64,000 nucleotides of DNA from Trichoplax adhaerens (Eukaryota; Animalia; Placozoa): NCBI RefSeq assembly GCF_000150275.1, contig NW_002060944.1, forward strand, positions 4,902,123-4,966,122. Reading direction: 5' to 3'. How positions within the stretch are numbered: position 1 is the first letter of the stretch; every line of letters starts with the position of its first letter. Below the pieces are notes generated by a model that saw only the letters and a program-made list of their open reading frames with translations, had not been told where the DNA came from and searched no databases. Shown piece after piece: positions 52,425 through 64,000 of this stretch. A program made the translations under genes and the position numbers.

Positions 52425-54860
52425 ATGACGACTAGAGGAATCGTAGCAGGACATGCAGGTAAAAGTACAATACTAACTACGGTATGGGTACTGTACATTA
52501 CGTTGAACACTGGGCGGTACGATACTGTACTATAAGGTGCAGCATACAGTATGATACTATACAATTCTACCGTACAGACTGTACAGTATATAAAGCGAAA
52601 TCTGCCCGCCTCGAAGTCACTCCACGTGCTGCACTAGTCGGCTTGAACTGGATAGGAAAGCTTAAAGTCCTGGTTGGATTTTCTTTTTTCCAAGCACTTC
52701 CTGGCAAAACTCGATGTCTACTGGAGAAAAAGAGAGGATCGCCACTATTATAGCTTCTATAGTAATGGCGGTATGACTCCATACTGTCGTTAGCATGAAA
52801 ATGAACTACAAGAAAATCTACATTTAAAAGACGAGCACTTAATCGACAAGATGGATGGTCGATTTTTTAATGGCCAAAGGGTATTGATGAAGCGATGAGA
52901 TGATATTCGCAATGCACGATATCGTGCAAGTCTGTTCAAGTCTACAAGTAAATTGGCTGGTGTTGTCTCGCAGATAGTTCTTAATAATTCTTAGATGCGT
53001 AGACAAGGTCACCGCCATAACTCACCAAAGACTGCAGCTTGAATTTTTGCTAATGGATAGCTCAAGTTTGCCTTGAAAGCGATGGAATGAGTCCGCTTCA
53101 ACAACGAGGTTCTTAAAGCACATCTTGGACTAATCACCTATATTTATCACGTAAGTAAATTGGATAAGACGCTTTATTTCATGCAATGACATTGCTTGAA
53201 AGATTTGTTAACTGCTATGTCAAAGGAATTGAGGATGCGATCTGTAAAATGATGAGAACAACCCTGACACCTCTTGTATGAGTGTTTAAAAAATCACGAT
53301 GAATAGTACTAGATTAGTCTTTCTGATACGATCGCTTCTACAATATCTTTCATTTCTAGACAGCGGTAACCTTCCATACTAAACTATGTATTGTATAAAG
53401 ATTGAAACTATTGACTGAAATGATTTTTCTATATTGTCATTAGTAGATATGGTGGAAGAGATAACAACTGAGAACTGAGATACAATTGGAGAGATGAGAA
53501 AGACTGTAAATTGCCATTGAAGACTCATAGCACGATGACAAGTTATTGCGCAGTCATGAGAGATTGGAAAGTAGACCTCGGATCATATGTAATGTACTTC
53601 CATCGATTGAAACATTTTCGTGTAAATCAAGCATTAAGATAGATACATTTTAAACTATTTACTACGTATAATAAACTAAATTGAGATGGAAGCGTCTCAG
53701 ACCGCTGGATAAAAATGTTTTGAAATAATGAATTTTCTATGTGGAATTGCAAATTCTGTATTATTGAATTGGTTGACGAAAAAAGAAAATAAATTCTTTT
53801 ATCAATTTACTGTAAGAAAATAGCTGAAATTTTCTGATTTATCGATACTGTACTCTATATCTAGTTATGGACTGCTATCGCCCAATGGATACATTTTACG
53901 GTATAGTTGATGCTGATCAGATAATCCATTATTTCTAGGCTGGCCTTTGTAAATGCCTCTATTACAGTATAACAAGCTCGTGAACTGCTATTAAAGGAAG
54001 TTCTTCATTATACGTAGAATAGCCTTGAACACTACTTGTAGGTCAGGTTGTAACCCGACTTGTAATGCATGGTTTATTCGATTGTGAGTGAAAATTGAGT
54101 TCTATAGCATTACAATCGAGCATACAGTATGCCTAGGGCTTATTACTAAATCTATTTACAGTTTATAAAACTGAGATTGCAAATGTCTGCTGTACAGCAT
54201 AAAATACATTATCGTACTACTTACAGTAAATCATGTTAAGTTATAAACTGTAGAATCTACAGTGATGATCCATTGCCAACGAACAAGAAGGCATATACAA
54301 TATCCAAGTCAAAGTACATGTTGTGGTATATGTACAATAGCTTGTGTCAGCGATCTTTACTGTAAACGAATTCTAAAATGCTTAACATTACCGCTCGTGG
54401 AGGCAGCAGCTTGGAATGGCATCATACGATATGTCATGATGTTAAACACGCATTCTATGCGCACATCTTGATGAGATAACATGAACAGTATAGATCACTC
54501 CTAAGTTATTTTGTTAAAAACATTATGACGTTAGAGAAAAGCTTAATAACAATACTTCTATACCATCTATTCGATAACTACTATGTCCGTAATAATTATA
54601 TATACGAGTATACAATATGCGGATCTAAAACTAAACCTAGCAACTGTAATTAAAGTACGAATATTTTTTTTGCCTATATGGCACAATTATAGCAAACGCT
54701 TTCATACCTACAATATCAAATTTTAAGTAATTCCAAAAAATTACCAAGGTTTATTGTAAATACAAAGAATAGCAATATATCGGCAATTAAACAATGTATT
54801 CAAACACCGCTCGCCGATAATATCGTTGAAAGCAATTTAATTTCACACATTGAAAATATT

Positions 54861-57800
54861 TTATGGCGAATCCTCATTGTCTTCTAAAATAATGTCTTCA
54901 TCTCCCGTTTGACTTTGGACTGACTTGCTAATTTTATTAGCTAATGGATCGGAAGTCCTTGACTTATCAGTATCTGGCGCTTTTGTCATTTGCATTGTAT
55001 CTGTTTCTGTGGTTGCTGTAGATGTGACTACATTGTCAGGAGAAACTGAGTATTTCCAATCTATGTCGAAAATAGTACAAATCAGCATTAAAATCAATCT
55101 TGCACGAATGGACGATGTGGTAATCGTTAATTAAATATCTGCAAATTTACATCAATAGAAATGACCACTTTAACTTACTACTAATAGCTCGTGCTCCTAA
55201 AAGGATCTCAAATTTAGAGTCACTGTTCCGTACCGCCTCAATAAGTATCTTTCCTTCTTTCTGGAAAAGGAACACTGCCGGTATTTTAATATCGTTATTT
55301 TGATCCCCGCTCATAGCAAACACCTGATGGGAATGTGCGGAACTTCCCTCGGTATTATCTAACAAGGTGATGAAATATAACTTATACTGTTAGTAAAATA
55401 TATTATCAATTTTGTTGTTGATGTAGCAAAACTATTGCATTATTTATCATAACTACCTATTACTATCAAGCCTATCGCTCCACTTGCTTGAACATTTCTG
55501 GCCTAAATATGAAATTAAATTGTCATTAAGAAATTGATCTATACCATAAAAGTGCAAGCACAGAATCAATTTAGTACCTTATCGATAAACATGCAATCAC
55601 CACGCTTAGTAATGACTATTTTCCCAGATACGTCATCGAAGTTATTTAAAGCGGTACATCCACTAACAGGATTTGATATGGCTGCAAACCCTCTTACATG
55701 ATATTTTGCCGTCAAATTTTTTCCAAATTGCGCCGGGCCCGCTGATAAAGTTACAAGTCCATTATGAGGCGCGGAAAGAAGCTGAACTACGCGAGGTTGG
55801 ATTACTACCATAAAAAGAATGCATGTAATCGTCAACTATTGCAGAAATATTGTAATAGTAGAATATAAAATACCCAATATAAATATAATAATGTATAAAT
55901 ATCATACCGGGATTTTCTTTGATAATACGATTAACCTCAATGACTTGTCGCATAAATTCTAAGCCTAATTCTGCATCTTTTGGTGATTTTGCCTAACAAG
56001 AACGATTATTAGATCAAGTCCATTAGCTAAGCAAAGTTGATTGTTTCTTTTTATAGTTATTAATGTATATTGCTTTGAAACTATAAAATTACCAATAAAA
56101 TACTACTAAAGGTAATAACGCAGATGTCTGACGAAGACTTACAATACTAGGCATATGTTGTAAGTGTAAGCGGCCATCTTGTATTGAAACGATCTGTACG
56201 CCCATTTCTTGTAAAAGTTTCTGATGTTCTAAATTACCGATCACCAGGTCAGAGGGCTTTAATTTGAGATTGTCTGCGTTTATACTAAAGAAGTACCGAT
56301 AAGAATTCAAAATAAGTTTTATTGCACGCAAGAGCAACATAAATATTGCCATATTCAGTTTAATTACGCCTGTGATGCATCTTTTGGGTCACATTGTTTT
56401 TCAGTAGTTCCTGAACGCAAATTCATAGTAAACTTTGAAAAACTGTTGGATTTATCATTATTTGCAGGGCAAGTCGAGGCATCCATGGTAAAATTAATAG
56501 TTTTATTTTCCATGACACGATCGATCTAGTTCGATAGGCAGTTGATTAGTAATTGCACAATAGTGCGCATAGGTAGTACTGAAGTAAAAGTAAATGCTAT
56601 AACCCAATCACAACATAAGTTAGTGTAGTTATGAAGCTACCTCGGAAATACGAATGTTGGATAGTGATAAAGGCAATAAATGAGCTTCAGTAGTAAAAAT
56701 AAAGTTATCGATTGGTAAAATCACATCTTCCTTTTCCGCAAATAGGAGGTAAAGATACTTAAAAGTCTCGGCAAAGACGAAAGAATCCAATCTGTAAATG
56801 GATAGTTGGCAATGTTAATACCAACAGTTACTATTAAAGATAAGATTTTTACAGCTTGACGATTTACCTATCTTCTTGACTCAATGTACGAACATCTTTT
56901 AGTGCAGCAAATCCGCACGGAACACGAGCGTAGTTGTTTAAGTTTTCTACGATGGATTTACCTACCTCTAAATAAAATGGGTCACGGGTTGCCTATAGGA
57001 TATAAAGTAGCATTACGAGGCTGCTGTGATTAAAATTGACTTGCATTTGGCAATGCAAGAAAACAACAGTTGTACCTTATATAAAAAATAGGTGCTCTCA
57101 GCAAATTCTGGACGAAGTGGATGATGAGGCCAGTATACACCCAGATTAGGCGTGAAGGCCTGCATTTAAAAAGAAGTAACGCTATCTTTTATTGGAATGG
57201 CACAGAGTAAAATGAAAAAATTTATGCCATACCTCAGGAATAAAATTATGTTTTTTTGTAATCTCATACAACCATTGATGTGTTATCACAGCAGACTTTA
57301 GGTCTCCTTTCAATACCTACAAAATCGTATAAATATTAATTGATTATATAAGATTGTTTAGCACAATTATCCAATATAGTAGCAATTACCTGTAATCCAG
57401 GCCAAAAAGCTTGTAAAGCATCCATGTACGGGCGAGAGGCATATCGTGGTCGATGCATTAATACATTTACAAGCATTGGTCCTTGGCTAATGTAGTTCAT
57501 GATGGCTTCGTAATGCTTTTAGATCAGAAATAACAAACGTCATTATTTTAAAATCCATGAGTATCGGTAGACTGCACAATAATAGTAACTGCTATATAAA
57601 CATTACTTTATTACCGTATTGAATCGATGGAGAAACGTTTCATCACCAAGTAAAATATAAGCTTTTAGACAATATTCATAGTACGAATCGAAGCCTGCAC
57701 CAACTCCACTATCTAAATATCAAAAGGGCAGTGAAAAAATTTCAAATTACGGGGATTATCATATCAGGGTATGGCAAAGCTAACCACGATATCGAACGAA

Positions 57801-60800
57801 TATAGACTGCGAACATAATGATACCATCCACTATAATGAATCACATACTGTATGGTAGATAAATACCTTTTGTTATCCAGTCACCATCATTTACATCGAT
57901 TGTTTGACCCAGTAAATTGCTATGTCGCTGTCGACGTTTCCATAATTGCTTCATTACCAGTCGGGCTTTTAACTACACGTATATGTGCATTTAAGATTTA
58001 GGTCAAATAGGATTAAATTTTGGAAAAAAAATTTTAAAGGCAAATTTTACTGTGGGTGCAATACCTCAAAAGTAGCATTTTGGGACCACCGGCTAAGCGC
58101 AGCAAATTCTAGCAAAACTGTTCCTGCGCAAGATAAACAAGTAGAACGTCCAGTACTGCTGGTAGATAATTCTTTATTGATGCCATACTTGAGATTAACC
58201 TAGAGTGTTGAGATGATGTAATGTTAATTGTGCGTTAAAAAAAGTAACAGTTCACTTATGATCATTTAGGCAGAATTTTCAGTTACTTACTCTAGGATAT
58301 GGTATCCCAGTAGGCGAATTAAAAGCCGGTAGTAGACGATTACCAATATCTTTTGCTTTATCTAGCAACTCGTTATTATACCATTGTAATTCAGGTCTTC
58401 CGCTTTCTTTAAGATGGGCTGCGACGGCATGGCCTCCCAGAAGTCCGCTAAATATGTATATTAATAAACAAGGGACATGAACTATCTGTAATCCATTTTT
58501 TTCACCTAAAATATACGATGATGTTATCTTGGCAGTAGTACTGATTGTAATTATAGTTACCCTAAAATGCGAATATTTGTTTCAAATACTGAAACAACAA
58601 TATCGGTATCGAAGGATACCGTATTGATAACTGAACGGACAGCTTTATTAAATTCTGCAACATCTCCTAATACCTAATTAAAATGTTTGAAGCGAAATAT
58701 CATTCAGTCAAAATATAGTTAACATAATTTATAATGATCACAATTTGATAAAGCTTGGGCTACTATTATTATTACTATCCAGCGCAATATAAATCCATCT
58801 TGCAAAAATGATTATTGGACTTACAGCTAGCGTGTCCAGAGTATCAATCAAAGTCAGTTGAAATCTATGTATGCAAAACAACAAGTAAAACTGAAAATAT
58901 CTCGTTTAAAATACGTTAACAATTATGATTGATTGTTGCTATTTCTCATGCATTGTATGCACATGTATATATATATAGTATGATACTATTAATAATTATG
59001 ATAAATATCAAAAATGGTATTGTGCACATAAAATTTACAATTACGGGAAAAAAATTTTGAAGGGTTAAAATTTGCGTTACGTATATTGCATATGTAATAC
59101 TGAAGTTTCAAGCCAGTCATTGTCGATACATTAAAAATCAGTATTTAAATCCTAAATGTGTCTGGGCAACATAGTATGGATATTTGTACATTTAGTTATT
59201 TTCAAATAATAAGTATTCAAAGTTGTAAAACCACTACATCAGTAATGTATGTAGAGAATACTTGCATGATAGACATGAGAAAAAAAGGAACAAAGAGTAA
59301 ACAGCTGAAAATTAGCTCAAAACGTAGATAAACGTTTTACTTTTTTGCCTTGTTCCATTGAACTCATAAATCTTGAACAATCTTCATATAATTATACAGA
59401 TATACAGCTTTTCTTAAATAGGGTGAGCAATAATAGTTTTAACCCATAGTGTAGTTATTGCTATTAATTTCTCTATATACATACTTGCCAAGTGCATCAT
59501 CAATATCCCCGCGATCCGGTTCTACTCCACGGATACGTCCACGACAGCTTAAAGGCATTAATTCATCTGCGGGATAAGCATTCGTCTGAAAAGATTATCC
59601 AGGAACAATCGAATTGTCAGTGTTTCCAAAGCAAATATTATCAAAAAAGAAAGTTATTATTTAATTTCAATACAGTGACGTCGTACACAATTCAATTTAA
59701 AAATAATGTTGAAAATACTTCCGTAATACAGAAAAACTATGTTACAGTAACAATCATTTTTTTATTCAATCCGTTTAAAGAAGGCTACGATTTCTTGTGG
59801 GGTAACCATCAAATTACGGTATCGATTTGAAAAGAATGTAATTTAAAAATTGCGAAGCTTCTCATGTAATAATACAGTAGTGAGCTTAATAGCGTTTGAC
59901 TACCTTATTAGATAATAGAATAACGTAAAGCAACTATATACCATTCCATCGTGAAATATTAGTGCTAGGGAGCCGTACTACCAGAGATAAAATTAAAATA
60001 TTTCGTTTGCACACTAATTACAAATTTATGCTTGACTTTGTAGGCAAAGATGATTGTTATGGCCCTCAGAAGTGATTGAATAAGTAACACCTAATAAGAA
60101 CCACTGAAGATATACGTTGTATTCCATCATTTAGTTATACTTTCTATAAGATCATATTTAGTTTTGTTATAAATGGATTATATCAAAGCAATAGGATACA
60201 TAAATGGGTAAGATAGGTTTTCAAATCCTCATTGTAATCAGAGATGTAGTAGCCATTTACAATTACTTGTAAAACAAATGGATCCATATATATAATCTCT
60301 TATAATAAATTAAGCAGTACAAGATCCAAAAGTAAACATAGTACATAAAAAATGTCAATCCATTTCTTAGGAAAGCAAAAAAAGAATGGAATTGAGTTAT
60401 ACAGCTAATTAACATATGATGAAAATGTGTAGGATCCTATACTCTTATATATTACAGTCTTCGATTGAGAGGAATAGCAGATTTTAGTTACTATATTATA
60501 TTGATTACAATTTATTAATTAATAATAATAATAATATTTCACTAAGTTTTTTACATACCATATACGCGTTGTAGCCATGGTAGAACATTTCCAGGACTTT
60601 TTCCCTAAAAAATTGAATTGTAAAGATAAATGCTATGTTGTTTGTAATTGCAATCGTTATAAGCGCAGCATTCATGAAATGTTTTTCGATTGTAATTTTA
60701 TGAAATAATTTTACTAGGCAATTTTTGGCCAAGGCTATTTTACCATTTGTAGATTAAATAGAAATATTGAGTGTTTCTATGATGGATAAGAAATAATCTC

Positions 60801-63160
60801 GACGTATCTTATGGGTATAGTAGTGACAGAGTATAAGAGAAGCACTTGTACTGTTGAGTTATTGATTGGATTTTTTTAATTTCATTTTTCAAGTTGAACG
60901 AATCAATTGTGATAATGTTACGCTCGAATAAAAATATAGTACAGTACAGTATAATGGTCAAAGTTTTTGAACCATCGAACGGCAGTCTGATAGCTAATTC
61001 GATAGTGCCATCGTTGAAGCAATACTTGTAAATTAAGACATTAGTATTTTGTCGGATTAATAGGATTAATTGAATCTATTATTGAGTTTGGTTAGTGTTT
61101 GTGGTAATAATGCGGTTTAAGTTATAATGACATAGTGAATATAAAACTACGTTAGGTATAATAAAGAGAGATTCTATCGTATACATGTAAATGCGAATTA
61201 TTATATGATTAGAATGTGATACTGAAATCAGATCAATTTGATACAAATATGAAAGCGTATAGTTTGATGGCTATACTGTATTTCATCTGTCTACTCTATT
61301 GGCATAACAAATCAACAGAAAGTTGAACATGTGTATTTTGCTGTATCAGGCGGATAATAATCATAATAATATTAATTCTTAATGGAAACACTGAAAGCGA
61401 TTAATTAATCTACTCTATAAACAATAATCCCTATTAATGTGATAAAAGTACGGTATGCCGGCTTTTACCTAGATAAAAAAGTAAAAGTCGGTATACTTTA
61501 ATCCTATTTCTATTACATTTGGATCAGAAATCAACACAAGGTTGATTACGCCTATTTTATCTTGGAAAAAAACTATTCTGCTACTGTATCAAGATGGGGT
61601 AATCTTAATTTCATCGTTAAAATGCTGAAAGTGACTAATTACGTATCTAATTCAGAAATAAATTGTTCAAAAGATAAACTTGATATGAATAAAAGTCAAA
61701 ATGTAAAGTCAAGTTTATGAGTAAAGTGAATGATTAGAAGATTGTGCCCAATATTGCTGGTACTCATGGCATCGTTATTCGTCAGCAGAACAACTACTGT
61801 ACAGTTTCCTTCGTTTGTAATAGCATGCTGCTTGTACAATGACAGACTAGCTTAGCAGGTGTTTTTACAACTGAAAATTAAATAGGAAATTGACGACGTA
61901 TCCCTGCAGTTTGCCTAAAGCGAACGCTGTAGTCTAGACATTGAAGAATATTTCAATTTGAAATGTGGTGTAATCATGGAGTTATCATGGCAAATAGTCC
62001 AGCGCGTAGATTGCTGCTATTGCATTAGTCTGATGATGATTACAGTACTGTCCAAAATAACATTGATATCGGGCGAATGAATTGTCGCTTTAGAACGACT
62101 ACGTATGATACTAAACTGGTGGATAGGTTGAAGAAAATAATTAATCTTCCATACTGGAATTTTGATATGATCTGCTTGACTCCTTTTGCATATTCATCAG
62201 TCATGTGATGAATACCCGAGATTGGGAAATAAAAGGATGAGAATTGAAATGAATAAGCAAGTATAAAATAAAGTAAGAGCGTTGTCTTGAGGATGTGATT
62301 TTTGGACATGAAAGAAATGGTTTTATCCATCGCATCTCATAATAAGATGCAATCTGTTGGATTAGTTTAAACACTAATTCATCATCTGGTGTTCATCTCA
62401 GTTGGGATTTTGGAGACAATATGCAATGTTGGTGTGAAGAAGAAGAAGGCAGTCCATTACTCTACACGTACATAACTATCATGAAAGTATGATGATTTAA
62501 CACTGGATTACAATCTTATGTTTCATCAATTCAGCGCAACAACAACATCGTCAAAACAAGACTTCAGGCAAACTCCTTCTCTACGTGTCTATCACGAGCT
62601 AGTCGTCGTTTGAAGGGATCGTCGATGATGATCTGTAGGCGATCATTTCTATTGACGTACAATAGTAGTATGGAGAAGAAGAAGTAAAGATCAAGTTGTC
62701 TATTGCCATTTTATGTTCATTCAATCAAGCGTAACAACACCATTGACTCAATGCGTCGATGGCGAACAAGTCGTCATTTTAAAGGGATCGCTGATGATCA
62801 GTGGTAGTATCGAACGATGAAAATAATCTCTGGGTTGGTCCAAGTGTAGGCAATCTCTTAGTGGCACTGGATCATCATTGATATTCATTCAATCCAGTAG
62901 ACCAACGTTATCGCCTAACAAGACGCCCATGATGATGATGATGATGGCACTTTTAGGCGTTGACCATCTACACTAGTCTCGTCTATAGTACGCGTAGTTG
63001 CACACTGATTGACAATGAATGATCGATACGTGTATCATGAATTATCTTACTTGTATTCCTTCTTTTCGGCAATACTCATACATGATCCACGCTTGGAATA
63101 GGCGATAATAATGGATACCAGTAAGAAGGCCAAGGCATGCAGTAATATCTTGATCGTCAT
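54861..63160 (-). CDS. EDEM3: ER degradation-enhancing alpha-mannosidase-like protein 3 (GH47 + PA domain), ~837 aa, 21 coding exons
   Basis: Exons 63160-63051, 60604-60559, 59585-59485, 58864-58825, 58673-58561, 58447-58291, 58199-58065, 57972-57867, 57712-57615, 57515-57390, 57316-57233, 57159-57076, 56992-56868, 56791-56641, 56525-56368, 56284-56143, 55992-55908, 55804-55578, 55502-55457, 55358-55179, 55060-54861. Motifs [62 protein letters not shown], and the PA domain [21 protein letters not shown]. Confidence 0.95.
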
Positions 63161-63359
63161 CTTCTCCTTGCCTTCATTCGTTTCGGTAGCCACTTTTTCC
63201 CTTGGGTTAGACTCTTGTACCTCTTGTTGTTCTATCTTGACAATGTCGTTTCACTCTTTTACTCCGATCGATTTCTTACTCGTTGTAACGGCAGGAATCA
63301 TCGATCACATTGACAGCACACACAACACATACAAATAGCAACAATCTTTCGTCTCTAAT

Positions 63360-63561
63360 CTGCAAGAAATAAATCAAATGAAGGATTGGATGATAGAACA
63401 ACTAAGATTGGAGGGGGGGGGGGGGATAGTCGATTGATTGGTTGATGTTTCTACGTTCTCCTTGCTGCCACCAAGGCACTCAGTGGGTCTGCCGAGGTTA
63501 TGCAATCGAGACTGCGTCCAGTATGCCACTGGATGCGTACTTGCGTACTCTGAACGCTTAC
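63360..63561 (-). other. Probable 5'UTR intron of EDEM3
   Basis: Minus-strand donor cg|gtaagc at 63561 and pyrimidine-rich acceptor atttcttgcag ending at 63360. Confidence 0.5.
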
Positions 63562-63574
63562 CGTATTGATTTTC

Positions 63575-64000
63575 AGTCTAGTACTGTACTCAGTCGGCTC
63601 CAGCTGACATCTCCGTCCGTAATCGAGGTTTGAGTTGCTCGCCATCAGCCGGACCGACGGCTGCAGCGTCGTCAGTCCAGTCTAGAACTGTACTCAGTCG
63701 GCTCCAGCTGACGTCTCCGAGGCTTGAGTCTTCCAACCAGTTGTTGGCCATCAGCCGGACCGACAGCTGAGTCATCAGTCCAGTCTAGAACTGTACTCAG
63801 TCGTCTCCAGGCTCCAGCTGACGTCTTCGAGACTCCGTCCATAATCGAGGTTTGAGTTGCTCGCCATCAGCCGGACCGACGGCTGCTGCGTCATCAGTCC
63901 AGCCATCAGCCGGACCGACAGCTGAGTCATCAGTCCAGTCTAGTACTGTACTGTACAGTACTCAGTCGGCTCCAGGCTCCAGCTGACGTCTCCGAGACTC
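63575..64000. repeat. GC-rich composite tandem repeat (~100 bp modules, ~4 copies) at the EDEM3 5' end; runs off the window
   Basis: cagtctag(t/a)actgtactcagtc, ctccagctgac(a/g)tct and gccatcagccggaccgac each recur four times. Confidence 0.9.

Noticed and set aside
52655-52740. aaagtcctgg resembling RNase MRP/P CR-I, and gatcgcca resembling 7SK
   Set aside because: No matching P4 partner or other conserved regions were found.
52794-52895. Frame reading LIDKMDGRFFNGQRV, resembling the end of an RRM
   Set aside because: No RNP1/RNP2 exons are nearby, and joining it to the upstream ATG would need an implausible 23-nt intron.
62641-62655. GATCATTTCTAT resembling U3 snoRNA box A
   Set aside because: No box A', B, C or D context was seen; likely chance.

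Overview
AT-rich, intron-dense animal genomic DNA. The many short introns, low GC and gene content suggest a placozoan such as Trichoplax, but that is inferred. Six protein-coding genes were reconstructed by hand from splice sites and reading-frame continuity. (1) A ~36-exon KIF14-like kinesin-3 (+, 1087-14556) has degenerate ATPase motifs and needs a non-canonical AT-AA minor (U12-type) intron to stay in frame. (2) A complete 18-exon Notch receptor (-, 36669-18645, ~1841 aa) has only 15 EGF repeats. (3) IMP3 (+) has a second U12-like intron. (4) SEC22B (-) and (5) SRD5A3 (+) share a bidirectional promoter containing a perfect UPRE. (6) EDEM3 (-). The housekeeping-gene 5' ends share a TACAGTA/CAGTC repeat grammar, often locally duplicated. 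The same signature plus a TATA box occurs at ~52.5 kb with no recognisable gene. Several tandem repeats and a degenerate dispersed repeat family are present. No rRNA, tRNA, CRISPR array or autonomous transposon was recognised.
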